Source of the DNA: Leptonemataceae bacterium
GTDB taxonomy: Bacteria; Spirochaetota; Leptospiria; Leptospirales; Leptonemataceae
DNA length: 64,000 nucleotides
NCBI GenBank assembly: GCA_965227295.1
Contig: OZ245742.1
Location: 4,416,001 to 4,480,000, forward strand
Direction of reading: 5' to 3'
This document shows, one piece after another, positions 1-9,556 of the stretch (its first letter is position 1; each line of letters opens with the position of its first letter). Under the pieces are notes generated by a model, which was given only the letters and a program-made list of their open reading frames with translations, made no database searches and was not told where the DNA came from. The position numbers were made by a program, and so were the translations under genes.

Positions 1-1
1 C

Positions 2-421
2 GAACAAATGGACGGCCTGCTCATCGATCTCGAAGAAAAACAGAAGCAGATCCACGCCATGGGCAAACGCATCGAGGAGATGCGTGAGAGCGGCGACGAC
101 GTTCGCCAGGAACTCGAATCCCTGGTGGGCGAGGCGGACGAGAAGATGGACCGGCTCACCGCGTTCTACCAGACCGTCGACGCCCTGCTGGACGAGGCTG
201 CGCGATTTGACTCGACCGGCGCGGAGTTCTCTGAAAATCTGGCCCCGATTCAGAAAGGACGCGGCAAAGCTGCGAACGGTAAGGCACCGGTACCGGAGCA
301 CAAACGCAACGGCATCCTGAGTCTGTATTTGAATCACAAGTGGGACGCGGATCTCATCGCCGAACGCATGAAGATTGATCCGTCCGTCGTGCGGGCCGTG
401 ATTTCCAGTCACAGCAAGTAA
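2..421 (+). CDS. Hypothetical coiled-coil protein, probably 5'-truncated by the window edge
   Basis: Frame is open from the window start; heptad-rich sequence with a possible C-terminal HTH-like segment. Confidence 0.65.
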   Translation, partial: EQMDGLLIDLEEKQKQIHAMGKRIEEMRESGDDVRQELESLVGEADEKMDRLTAFYQTVDALLDEAARFDSTGAEFSENLAPIQKGRGKAANGKAPVPEHKRNGILSLYLNHKWDADLIAERMKIDPSVVRAVISSHSK

Positions 422-448
422 CAGGAAACTGTCGGACATCAAAGTAAC

Positions 449-1069
449 GTGGGAATTCTCGAACGCAAAGAACGAGAGAAGGCCGAGCGCCGTCGTTCCA
501 TCCTGTCCGCTGCCCGGGAGCTCATCCAGGAAAAGACCTTCGAAGAGATCACCATGGAGGATCTCGCCAAACGCCTGGAGCTGTCCCGGGCCACGCTCTA
601 CCTCTACTTTCGCAACAAGAGCGAGATCTACACCACCCTGCTCGTCGAAGGCATGGAAGAACTCGAACAGGGCTACGCAAAGGTTCTGGGCAAGAGCGGC
701 AAAAAACCGCTGGAGAAACTTACCGGTTTCGCCCTGGTCTTCTTTGAGTTCTACAATAAGAACCACCAGTTCTTTGACCTCATCGTCACCAAACGCCACG
801 AATTGCGCAAGGAGATCGGCGACGAAGTCCTCCAGGAACTGGAGCGCGCCGGCGAGAACGTCATTCGGCCGCTGGTAAACGTCTATGCCGAGGGCGTGGA
901 GGCCGGCGAGTTCCCGGAGTTTCCGCCGGAAAAAATGGCCTGGATGATGCGCGCCATCGCCATCGGTTTCGCCGTGGGCATTCGGGAAGGAAAGATCAAA
1001 ATGCCCGAGGATCTCCAGATCGCGCAACACCTGCTCCTCTACGGCCTGCACGGGCACAAGCACAAGTAA
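449..1069 (+). CDS. TetR/AcrR family transcriptional regulator
   Basis: N-terminal TetR HTH: ILSAARELIQEKTFEEITMEDLAKRLELSRATLYLYFRNK. Confidence 0.93.
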   Translation: MGILERKEREKAERRRSILSAARELIQEKTFEEITMEDLAKRLELSRATLYLYFRNKSEIYTTLLVEGMEELEQGYAKVLGKSGKKPLEKLTGFALVFFEFYNKNHQFFDLIVTKRHELRKEIGDEVLQELERAGENVIRPLVNVYAEGVEAGEFPEFPPEKMAWMMRAIAIGFAVGIREGKIKMPEDLQIAQHLLLYGLHGHKHK

Positions 1070-1096
1070 ACCGCGCCACGACTCAGCGCTTCCTGC

Positions 1097-1393
1097 ATGC
1101 AGTACTCCATCGGTCAGATCATCCGTCACCGTCGCTACGGCTACCGCGGCGTCGTCTTCGGCCGCGATCATACGTTCCAGCACGACGAGGCCTGGTACTG
1201 GAGCAACCGCACGCAACCGAATCGCGACCAGCCGTGGTATCACGTCCTGGTCGACGGCGCTTCGCACACTACCTACGTTGCCGAAGAAAACCTGGACGTG
1301 GACTCCGAGGACGAACCCGTGGATCATCCGCTCATCCGCCGCTTTTTTGCGGGCCGGCATGCGGGTATGTACTACGCGAACTCACTCAACTGA
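1097..1393 (+). CDS. hspQ: Heat shock protein HspQ / YccV-like hemimethylated DNA-binding protein
   Basis: Motifs IGQIIRHRRYGYRGVV, QPWYHVLVD, TYVAEENL, HPLIRRFF. Confidence 0.9.
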   Translation: MQYSIGQIIRHRRYGYRGVVFGRDHTFQHDEAWYWSNRTQPNRDQPWYHVLVDGASHTTYVAEENLDVDSEDEPVDHPLIRRFFAGRHAGMYYANSLN

Positions 1394-1406
1394 GACGGCT
1401 GCCGGC

Positions 1407-2140
1407 ACCAGCTGTACCCAAAAAAGTGTTAATGTACACTGGCCGCTACTTACGCCACGACTCGGGGCGTGCTCGAACGAATAAAACTTTCCGGTAATTC
1501 AAGAGCTGCGGTTCACGGCGTTTGTCGTGCGAATCATAAGGTAAGTTGTGAAATATTGCAGGGGTTGATTTGGCTACGGCTTTGCGGGAGTTGTGGATTT
1601 TCGTTTTGATAAGAACACTGAGTTCGACCCGGACGCTGGTTGTGCGCTTCGGCTATCGCGACGTTTCTTGCGACGAAGACGCCGTTCCGGTGCGCCCTAC
1701 CACGTCCCCCGGCATAACCTCCGTTCATCTGCTGGAACCAGCTGTACCCAAAAAAGGGTTAATGTACACTGGCCGCTACTTACGCCACGACTCGGGGCGT
1801 GCTCGAACGAATAAAACTTTCCGGTAGAGCAAGAGCTGCGGTTCGCTGCGTTGACCGGAATGAATATGAAGTATGTTGCAGCATAGTGAAGGGGATCTTT
1901 TGGCTACGGCGAAGCGGGAGTTGTGGATTTTCGTTTTGATAAGAACGCTGCGTTCGACCCGGACGTCGGTTTGTGACTCAGCAACTGTAGCGTCTATTGC
2001 GAAGAAGACGCCGTTCCGGTGCGCCGTACCACATTCCCCGGCATGACCTCCGTGGTCGCCTGGAACCAGCTGTACCCAAAAAAGTGTTAATCCAAACTGG
2101 CCTCAACTTACACCACGATTCGTGGCGTGATCGAACGAAC
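1407..2140 (+). repeat. Tandem array (about 2.2 units) of a ~330-bp non-coding repeat, family A
   Basis: GCTGTACCCAAA at 1411, 1741 and 2069; TTTGGCTACGGC at 1569 and 1899; GAAGACGCCGTTCCGGTGCGC in both full units. Confidence 0.93.
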
Positions 2141-2314
2141 CCCGTTGGAAATCGCGACACTCATTTCCAACGCTGAACGCAAGCCCCTCTACAATCTCAT
2201 CAGCAATCCGTCGCTCTCTCATCCGATGTACCAATCGATCCAAAAGACCGATGGCTGCGCCGCCCGGGACCCCTGACGCCATGTCATAAAATTTCCCCGC
2301 GCCGCCCATTTTTA

Positions 2315-2348
2315 TTGACACCGCGTCAGTGACGTGCTGTCACTGACG
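2315..2348. promoter_or_regulatory. Operator-like palindrome next to a TTGACA hexamer upstream of glpD
   Basis: TTGACA 2315-2320; perfect inverted repeat CGTCAGTGAC (2324-2333)-N5-GTCACTGACG (2339-2348). Confidence 0.55.
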
Positions 2349-2376
2349 TAGCGTCAGAATGTAGGAACTCCTACAC

Positions 2377-4065
2377 ATGGCGCGGGAGACCCGCATGGCC
2401 GCCAGAACCCAATACGCCCGCACTCAATCCCCCCGGCAGTGCCGGAGCCTCAGCCCGCTCCCCGCCACAACCTACGACGTCGTGATCATCGGCGGGGGTA
2501 TCACCGGGGCCTGGACGCTCTGGGACGCCACGCTGCGGGGGCTCAAGGCCCTGCTGGTCGAGCGGAACGACTACGCCTCGGGCACCACCCAGGCCACATC
2601 GAAGCTCATTCACGGCGGCCTGCGCTACCTCAAGAACGGTGAGATCGGACTGGTCCGGGAGTCCCTGCGCGAGCGGCGGACGCTGGCCCGGCTGGCCCCC
2701 CACGCGCTCCGGCCGGAGGCCTTTCTGTTTCCCATCTACCGCAACCGGGGCATCGGCCGCTTCAAGATGGGCGCGGCCCTCACGATCTACGACATCCTGG
2801 GCTACGACCGCAACCGCGGCGTCGACGCCGAGCACCAGCTCCCCGCCGCCCGCCATCTTTCACGCACGGAGACCCTGGCCGAGGAATCGGGTCTGGACTT
2901 CCGTGATCTCAAAGGCTCGTTCGTGTACTACGACTACGCCAACCTGAATCCGGAGCGCCTCTGCGTGGAGATCATCAGCGCCGCCCGGGAACGCGGTGCC
3001 AGGGTACGCAACTATGTAGAAGCCGGGCGCATCGAACGCCAGGCCGACGAAAGCTATGCCGTGGAAATCAACGATCGACTCAGCGGTGAGACAGCTACCG
3101 TCCGCGGTCGCACGGTGGTGAACGCCGGCGGTCCCTGGGCCGACTACCTGGATCGCCGCCTCACCGGCCGCCTGGACTATCAACACAAGACAATCATTCG
3201 TTCGAAGGGCATTCACCTGGTCACGCGGCGCTTTGTGCATGACAAAACCGTCGTCCTCATGAAAGAGGACAACACGCATCTGTTCGTCATCCCCTGGCGC
3301 GGCAAGGCGCTCATCGGCACCACGGACACGCGCTACGACCGTCATCCCGACGACTTCGCCGTCACCACCGAAGACGCACAGTCCGTGCTCGCGGACGTGA
3401 ACCGGCTCTTCCCGGACGCCGATCTCGCGCTCCACGACATCGAGTATTTTTACGGCGGCCTCCGCCCGCTCGTGGACGACGGCGGTTCTTCCTACGACGC
3501 ATCCCGGCGCACCGAGATCGTCCACCACGATGAGAACGGGCACGCCGGTTTCTTCACGGCCCTCGGCGGTAAATATACGACCAGCCGACATTTAGCCGAA
3601 CAGCTCCTGGATCGCATCTGCGAGTACCTGCCGGGTTCCTTCTCAGCCTGCACCACGGAACACACGCCCCTCCCCGGCGGCGACTTCGCGTCACTCACCG
3701 AACTTAGCGAAGATCTTGGCCGGCGATATCCGAACGTGGCGCATCGCAAGTTGCGCATTCTGGCCGGGCGTTACGGCAACGAGGCGTTTCGCATTCTGGA
3801 ACGTGCCGATTCCTCCGGCGAGGTCTGGAAACTCGACAACGGGGAGCTCTACTATCCCGAAGAGATCGACTACCTGGTGGAGCATCACGAAGTGGAAAAC
3901 ATCGGCGATCTTTTGTTCCGTCGCTCCGGCATGGGCACGGTGGGCAGGCTGCCGGAGACCGTGGAACGCAGCCTGGTCCAGCGCCTGGGCCGTCTGCGTG
4001 GTTGGAGCAAACCCGAGCAGGCCGCCGTCCGGCGCAAGTTGCGGAAACGGTACGAGTTGCAGTGA
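2377..4065 (+). CDS. glpD: FAD-dependent glycerol-3-phosphate dehydrogenase/oxidase
   Basis: DVVIIGGGITG, ASGTTQATSKLIHGGLRYL, VNAGGPWAD, GLRPLV, GGKYTTSR; the start could be 2395. Confidence 0.93.
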   Translation: MARETRMAARTQYARTQSPRQCRSLSPLPATTYDVVIIGGGITGAWTLWDATLRGLKALLVERNDYASGTTQATSKLIHGGLRYLKNGEIGLVRESLRERRTLARLAPHALRPEAFLFPIYRNRGIGRFKMGAALTIYDILGYDRNRGVDAEHQLPAARHLSRTETLAEESGLDFRDLKGSFVYYDYANLNPERLCVEIISAARERGARVRNYVEAGRIERQADESYAVEINDRLSGETATVRGRTVVNAGGPWADYLDRRLTGRLDYQHKTIIRSKGIHLVTRRFVHDKTVVLMKEDNTHLFVIPWRGKALIGTTDTRYDRHPDDFAVTTEDAQSVLADVNRLFPDADLALHDIEYFYGGLRPLVDDGGSSYDASRRTEIVHHDENGHAGFFTALGGKYTTSRHLAEQLLDRICEYLPGSFSACTTEHTPLPGGDFASLTELSEDLGRRYPNVAHRKLRILAGRYGNEAFRILERADSSGEVWKLDNGELYYPEEIDYLVEHHEVENIGDLLFRRSGMGTVGRLPETVERSLVQRLGRLRGWSKPEQAAVRRKLRKRYELQ

Positions 4066-4136
4066 ATCAAGAGCCGCGGCTTCCGGCGTCGACCGTGAGC
4101 AACAAACGTAAGTTGTACCGGGCGTCGGTTAGCAAC

Positions 4137-4454
4137 TCAACCCCCGCAACGAGTTCCGAGACTCAACCCCTTGCAATCGTGCCACACACCGCCGTGGCAG
4201 TTCAGCCGGCATTGGCCTTTCTGACAGCGACCGTGGTAGAAGTCCCATTCTTCGCAGACGCTGCGTCCGGAAAACACGCACATGCCGCGCTGCCCGCTCG
4301 CATCTTCGACGATAACCAGCCGACCGCCGGATTCGGCGCAGTGCACCGAGGCGGGATTCGGCATCTGCGCCTGGCGGGCGTCGCTGTCATTGCAACCGGC
4401 AAAAACAAAAAACAAAAGAACGGTCGCCAGGACCTGGTAACTGAACTTTAGCAT
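4137..4454 (-). CDS. DUF333-domain (putative hemolysin family) lipoprotein
   Basis: Lipobox FAGC; NPASVHC..GG..GMC..CEEWDFY motif. Confidence 0.8.
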   Translation of the reverse strand: MLKFSYQVLATVLLFFVFAGCNDSDARQAQMPNPASVHCAESGGRLVIVEDASGQRGMCVFSGRSVCEEWDFYHGRCQKGQCRLNCHGGVWHDCKGLSLGTRCGG

Positions 4455-4471
4455 ACCTTAAGCACCACCGC

Positions 4472-5008
4472 CTACATCTGGCATTTGCTGACGTCGACGT
4501 CGCGCCAGGCCCAGAAGATGAGGCCCTGGGTAATCTCGTTCTCCACTTCCAGCAGCGTAAACTTCTTCACGTCCGGCTTGAGGCGCTCGAAAACCCAACG
4601 AAACTTCATGTCCTTCTTTGAACTGAACTTACCCGAGGAGCAACCCGGAATTCCCGAAAACGAAGTCATGCGATAGCGCCGCCCCTTTTGATCCCGGAGC
4701 AACGTGCCCCCGGGATGCGTGCATGTCGAATCCAGATTACGCGTGCGAAAATAGAATATGGAGCGATTCCCACGATTGCAGATTTGCGTGAGCGTAACCT
4801 TGCCCGGGCCCGAAAGGTACGAAACGCCGACGTGACAGCACGGGCGCTCCTCTTCTTTTTTCTCCGGCGGCTTCGGATTCGTAATCGTGGCGGACAGTGA
4901 CCCGGGCGACAGCCAGTCCGAGGACACCCCGGACGCACCGAACCAGGCCGGCACGGCGGCGAGGCCCAGAAGCACGGCAATGAATCCCGGGACCAGTTTC
5001 CGGATCAT
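4472..5008 (-). CDS. Hypothetical secreted protein
   Basis: N-terminal signal peptide; start overlaps the queD stop by 4 bp. Confidence 0.7.
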   Translation of the reverse strand: MIRKLVPGFIAVLLGLAAVPAWFGASGVSSDWLSPGSLSATITNPKPPEKKEEERPCCHVGVSYLSGPGKVTLTQICNRGNRSIFYFRTRNLDSTCTHPGGTLLRDQKGRRYRMTSFSGIPGCSSGKFSSKKDMKFRWVFERLKPDVKKFTLLEVENEITQGLIFWAWRDVDVSKCQM

Positions 5009-5475
5009 GGCGATTCGACGGCCTCCGTCGGGCGAAAGATCGCGATATTTGCCGGCCCCTCGTGGATGCGAATCTCCAGAACGCGGCCTTCGTTCGCCCG
5101 GACCGTATCGCGCAGGCCGGCGTAGAACCAGCGGGCGATGTTCTCGGACGTGGGGTTCACGCCCTGAAACTCGGAGAGATCGTTAATGCAGATGTGCTCA
5201 ATCCGTTCGATGAGCCGGTCCAGGCGCTGCCGGGCATCCAGAAAATCGTAGCTGATGCCGTCGGCGCGCGTCCCCCCGCTGGCGTGCGCCAGGAAAACCT
5301 CCACCAGCCAGGAATGGCCGTGGACCGGCTCGTCCCGGCCGTCGGGGAAGTAATTGTAGAGGTAGTGCGAGGACTCGAACCGTCCCTCAATGCGCACCAT
5401 AAAACGCCCGGGGAGATCGAAGAAGCCGGAGACGTCAGCCGCCAGCTCCGGATGGGCGTCGAGTTCCATGTTCAT
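5005..5475 (-). CDS. queD: 6-carboxytetrahydropterin synthase (QueD/PTPS family)
   Basis: FESSH, HGHSW, NPTSENIARW, IHEGP motifs; start reassigned to the ATG at 5475. Confidence 0.85.
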   Translation of the reverse strand: MNMELDAHPELAADVSGFFDLPGRFMVRIEGRFESSHYLYNYFPDGRDEPVHGHSWLVEVFLAHASGGTRADGISYDFLDARQRLDRLIERIEHICINDLSEFQGVNPTSENIARWFYAGLRDTVRANEGRVLEIRIHEGPANIAIFRPTEAVESP

Positions 5476-5659
5476 ATACGATGAAAAAGTCCGGCCGCTC
5501 GCCGATGGCAAGTCCAGAATTTGTGTATGATTTTGCCTTGACGCGGGCAGGAAATGCGCTTTCTCTGAAATCGTAGATTCAACCGTCGCAGGTTTCCCGC
5601 TCCGGCTCATTATTCCGGAGGGCGATTTTTCGAAACCACGGACGGCCGGAGAATTCCAA

Positions 5660-5896
5660 ATGTCCGAAGTGCAAACCGAAACAAAAACATCCGAAAAGAA
5701 ATTCGAGCCCGGCATGACCGTCGGCGAAGCCATGAAGCTGCACCCGGAAGCCGCCCTCGTTTTTTCCAGCTATCACCTGGGCGGCTGCTCACACTGCTCC
5801 ATCAACGAAATGGAAACCATTGAGCAGGTCTGCATGGGCTACGGCGTACCCATCGATCAACTGATCGACAGCCTCAATAACCTGCTGGATGATTGA
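5660..5896 (+). CDS. DUF1858-domain small CxxC protein
   Basis: MTVGEAMKLHPEA..F..GCSHC..ETIEQVC..GVPIDQLIDSLN pattern. Confidence 0.8.
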   Translation: MSEVQTETKTSEKKFEPGMTVGEAMKLHPEAALVFSSYHLGGCSHCSINEMETIEQVCMGYGVPIDQLIDSLNNLLDD

Positions 5897-5936
5897 AACG
5901 AATTTCTAGCGGCGCTGCCGAAACCGGGGCCGCTGT

Positions 5937-7673
5937 TCAGGACCGGCCTTCCGTGCCGAGATCCTCCATCAACTGGTCCATCAATCGAATCCCCCACCCC
6001 GTAGCGCCCTTGCCCTGAGACCCGGATGGTTTGCCACGCCAGGCCGTTCCCGCAATGTCCACGTGCGCCCAGGGAATCTTAGCATCCACGAACTTCGAAA
6101 GAAAACGCATGGCCGTGACGGTCCCCGCCGGACGACCGCCGATGTTGCGCACATCCGCCGTGTCGGATTTCAACGGCGCCGTATAGGTGTCCCAGTGCGG
6201 CAGGCGCCACACCCGATCCAGTGAACGGCGGGACGCGGCTGAGATGCGCGCGTAGAGATCTTCCGACGCCGTCATCACTCCACCGGCCTCGTGGCCCAGG
6301 GCTATAATCGCGGCGCCCGTGAGCGTCGCAAAATCCATGATACACAGCGGATCATACGTCTCGCAGGCGTACGACAACACATCGCCGAGGACCAGACGTC
6401 CTTCGGCATCAGTGTTCTGAACTTCCACGGTGAGTCCATTGTAAGCCGTGTAAACGTCGCCGGGTTTAATAGCCCGGCCGTCCGGCATATTCTCCGCCAC
6501 GCCGATCAGACCAACCACCTCAATGGGCAGCTTGCGCGCGGCGGCCAGGGCCACGGCGTGCACAACCAGGGCGGAACCGCACATATCAAACTTCATCTCG
6601 TGCATCTCACCGGACGGTTTGATCGAGATGCCGCCGGTATCGAAGGTAATGCCTTTGCCCACGAGCACCAGCGGTCGCGCGGAAGCGCTCTTCACGTTCT
6701 TCGGCGGTTTGTACTCGAGGGCGATCATGCGCGGGGGAATCTCAGAGCCCTGGCCGACGGCCAGAATGCCGCCGCAGCCGAGTTTCTCCAGGGCCGGAGC
6801 GTTCCAGACCTGGATCTTCAGACCGTACTGTTTGGCCAGTTGCCGCGCATAAGTTTCGTAGTTCGCCGGATGCAGGTAGTTACCCGGCAGGGATGCAATG
6901 TAGCGCGCACCGTTCAGCAGTTCGGCAACGGCCCGACCGCGCTCGACGGCCGCGCTGAGCTTCTTGTTGTTGCCGGCGTGAAAGGCGACGTCGGTGATCT
7001 TGTTCTTCGTTGCGTCGTCCTTCTTCTGATCCTTCTTCGATTTGAGAACGTGCATGGACTCCGCGCCGATCTCCAGACACACGGCCATCTGTTGGACCAG
7101 GTCCTCTACGGTGTACGGGCCGGAGTAATCCGGAATGCCGTCGTCAGCCTCATCGTCCGCGGACTTGTTGCCCGCCTTCGACACGGCCTTCTTCTTCGAG
7201 GAAGAGGCGCCCTGTGCCGCCGTCTTTGCTCGCGGTTTCTTCTTAAAATCCAGGGCCAGGGCCGGCCCGTCATCCCGCGCGGCGTAATCGTCGATGGCCG
7301 CAGAGAGATCGTCCGGGATGACAACCTCCACAATAATGTTCTGAAAGCGCGCCAGGCGTTCGCCCAACGCCCGGAAAAGCGCCGCGCAGTTCTCCGGATG
7401 AAAACGCCCGCGCTTGCCCAGCCCGCCGAAGAGCACATTGTGTTCGGCGATGTGCAGCAGTTGATGGTCGCCGCCCTTGAATCCGCCGATCCCCCGATGG
7501 GTTTCCAGGATTTTCTTCACCGCCCCGGCGTCGCCATCGGGGAGCAGCGCGGCCATAGCATCCACGTCCTGTTCCCGAAAGACCGGAATCACGCGAATGA
7601 GGTGTTTCTTTTTATCTGCTGCGGCCTGACCGGCCTTAAACTTAAACTTTGCTGCGGGGGATACTAATTCCAT
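5937..7673 (-). CDS. pepA: Leucyl aminopeptidase (M17)
   Basis: VGKGITFDTGGISIK, MKFDMCG, NTDAEGRLVL, ATLTGA, WAHVDIAG. Confidence 0.95.
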   Translation of the reverse strand: MELVSPAAKFKFKAGQAAADKKKHLIRVIPVFREQDVDAMAALLPDGDAGAVKKILETHRGIGGFKGGDHQLLHIAEHNVLFGGLGKRGRFHPENCAALFRALGERLARFQNIIVEVVIPDDLSAAIDDYAARDDGPALALDFKKKPRAKTAAQGASSSKKKAVSKAGNKSADDEADDGIPDYSGPYTVEDLVQQMAVCLEIGAESMHVLKSKKDQKKDDATKNKITDVAFHAGNNKKLSAAVERGRAVAELLNGARYIASLPGNYLHPANYETYARQLAKQYGLKIQVWNAPALEKLGCGGILAVGQGSEIPPRMIALEYKPPKNVKSASARPLVLVGKGITFDTGGISIKPSGEMHEMKFDMCGSALVVHAVALAAARKLPIEVVGLIGVAENMPDGRAIKPGDVYTAYNGLTVEVQNTDAEGRLVLGDVLSYACETYDPLCIMDFATLTGAAIIALGHEAGGVMTASEDLYARISAASRRSLDRVWRLPHWDTYTAPLKSDTADVRNIGGRPAGTVTAMRFLSKFVDAKIPWAHVDIAGTAWRGKPSGSQGKGATGWGIRLMDQLMEDLGTEGRS

Positions 7674-7678
7674 AGTTT

Positions 7679-8149
7679 CTATTTCTTCAGAGCCTTGATG
7701 TCGGCGACGATCTCATCCACGTGGCCGTCGACCTTTACTTTTTCGTAAACGATTCGGACTTTCAACTTCTCGTCCAGGACAAACGTAGAACGGACGACGC
7801 CCATAAAGGTCTTGCCGTACATTTTCTTTTCACCGTAGACGCCGAAGAACTCGACGACCTCGTGGGACTCGTCCGCGATGAGCGGGAAGTTGAGGCCCTG
7901 CTTCTCCGCGAACTTCTGATGGGACTTCACCGAATCCACAGAGACGCCGACGACGCCGTAACCCATGCGCTTGAGCTTCGTATGATTGTCGCGAAAACTG
8001 CACGCCTCTTTCGTACATCCCGGCGTGCTGTCTTTCGGATAAAAATAGACGATCAATCCCTGCTTGCCGGCGAACTCGCTCAACTTTTTCGCGCTGCCGT
8101 CCGTGACGGTGACTTTGAAATCTTTGACCTTCTTGCCTGCTTCAATCAT
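7679..8149 (-). CDS. bcp: Peroxiredoxin BCP/PrxQ
   Basis: [20 protein letters not shown]; start reassigned to the ATG at 8149. Confidence 0.93.
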   Translation of the reverse strand: MIEAGKKVKDFKVTVTDGSAKKLSEFAGKQGLIVYFYPKDSTPGCTKEACSFRDNHTKLKRMGYGVVGVSVDSVKSHQKFAEKQGLNFPLIADESHEVVEFFGVYGEKKMYGKTFMGVVRSTFVLDEKLKVRIVYEKVKVDGHVDEIVADIKALKK

Positions 8150-8339
8150 ATATTCTAATAATAATGGCCGCCGCCGGCGGGACAAATCTTTTCGATCCTC
8201 CCGGCATATTTCCGGCCGTTTTCCCGTGCCGCGCGGGAAAAATCCAGGCGACAGCGCAGGGACGCCTCGCTTCGTTACCAGAGAGGGCTCCGCGCGTCTC
8301 AACGAGACCGAACGCGGTAAATCTGAGAAGGAACAATCC

Positions 8340-9323
8340 ATGAGCGACGAACTAACGAGCAAAATCCATAACGTGGTGATCATCGGCAGTGGACCGGCCG
8401 GGCACACGGCGGCCATCTATGCGGCCCGGGCGAATCTCGCTCCGATCATGTTCGAAGGTTTCATGGCGGGCGGCGTGGCCGCGGGCGGCCAACTGACCAC
8501 AACCACCGATGTGGAAAACTATCCCGGCTTTCCCGAGGGCATCAGCGGCCCGGAAATGATGGATCTGTTTCGCAAACAATCGCAGCGCTTCGGCACGCAG
8601 ATCTTTACCGAGACAATTTCGAAAGTCGATCTTTCCGGGCGACCGTTTCGACTGTGGCGCGAAGGCCTGGAAGACCAGGAACCGGTACGTGCGCATTCTG
8701 TGATTATCGCCACCGGGGCGACGGCAAAGCGATTGAACCTGCCCGGCGAAGACGCTTACTGGCAAAAGGGCATCTCGGCCTGCGCGGTCTGTGACGGTGC
8801 CCTGCCCCTGTTTCGTGACGCTCCGCTCGCCGTCATCGGCGGCGGCGATTCCGCGGCGGAGGAATCCACGTACCTCACGAAGTACGGTTCGAAGGTCTAT
8901 CTCATCCACCGCCGCGACGAACTGCGTGCATCCCAGATCATGCGGGACCGGGTGTTGCAGAATCCGAAGATCGAAGTACTGTGGGATACGCAAACCCTGG
9001 AGGCCGGCGGCGACGACAGGCAGCTCAAGCAGATCAAAATCAAAAACGTAAAGAACGGCGAGACCCGGGAACTCCCGGTGAACGGGTTGTTCTATGCCAT
9101 CGGCCATAAGCCGAACACGGATCCCTTCGTCGGTCAGTTGAATCTCGACGAGGACGGCTACATCATCGTCAAACCGGGGACGACGCAAACGAACATAGAA
9201 GGCGTCTTTGCCGCCGGTGATGTTCAGGACAAGAAATACCGCCAGGCAATCACCGCGGCCGGTAGCGGATGCATGGCCGCCCTCGACGCGGAACACTGGC
9301 TGGTGGCGCAGAACCTCAATTAA
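8340..9323 (+). CDS. trxB: Thioredoxin reductase
   Basis: [38 protein letters not shown] at 8340 after GAAGGA. Confidence 0.96.
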   Translation: MSDELTSKIHNVVIIGSGPAGHTAAIYAARANLAPIMFEGFMAGGVAAGGQLTTTTDVENYPGFPEGISGPEMMDLFRKQSQRFGTQIFTETISKVDLSGRPFRLWREGLEDQEPVRAHSVIIATGATAKRLNLPGEDAYWQKGISACAVCDGALPLFRDAPLAVIGGGDSAAEESTYLTKYGSKVYLIHRRDELRASQIMRDRVLQNPKIEVLWDTQTLEAGGDDRQLKQIKIKNVKNGETRELPVNGLFYAIGHKPNTDPFVGQLNLDEDGYIIVKPGTTQTNIEGVFAAGDVQDKKYRQAITAAGSGCMAALDAEHWLVAQNLN

Positions 9324-9556
9324 ACTCGCGCATACCGAACGAGGCCGCGGCACCGGATTCGCCTAAACAAAGTCCGGGTTGTTTGCGGCCTCGCCCACGT
9401 TTTATCCACCACAAAACGTTCTCCGCTTTTACGGTACGCTTGCCGTACCGTAACGATCCCGGTGTACTTACCGCTCGCCGCGCTCATGTGACATAATGCT
9501 CGTGAGTTCCCGGCGCATAAAAAGAGACATAATCACTCACTGAATTCGTACATCGC

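Noticed and set aside
1592..1600. DnaA-box-like TGTGGATTT within family A
   Set aside because: It has two mismatches to the consensus and is better explained as part of a stem
1569..1752. 6S RNA or retron msr-msd identity for the ~184-nt core
   Set aside because: Size and closing stem are compatible, but the core is multicopy and tandem, shows no recognisable 6S features and has no reverse transcriptase in the window; this cannot be supported without a covariance search
1570..1827. Small ORFs inside family A copies sharing a DEDA(V/G)PVR-like motif (also 61657-61917 and 45447-45716)
   Set aside because: The frame shifts between copies, so the shared peptide merely reflects conserved DNA
1407..2140. 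CRISPR array interpretation of the tandem repeat
   Set aside because: The period is about 330 bp, the inter-block segments are homologous to each other rather than unique spacers, and there are no cas genes in the window
9330..9556. oriC upstream of the DnaA-like gene
   Set aside because: Only one imperfect box, no AT-rich unwinding element and no dnaN/gyrB context
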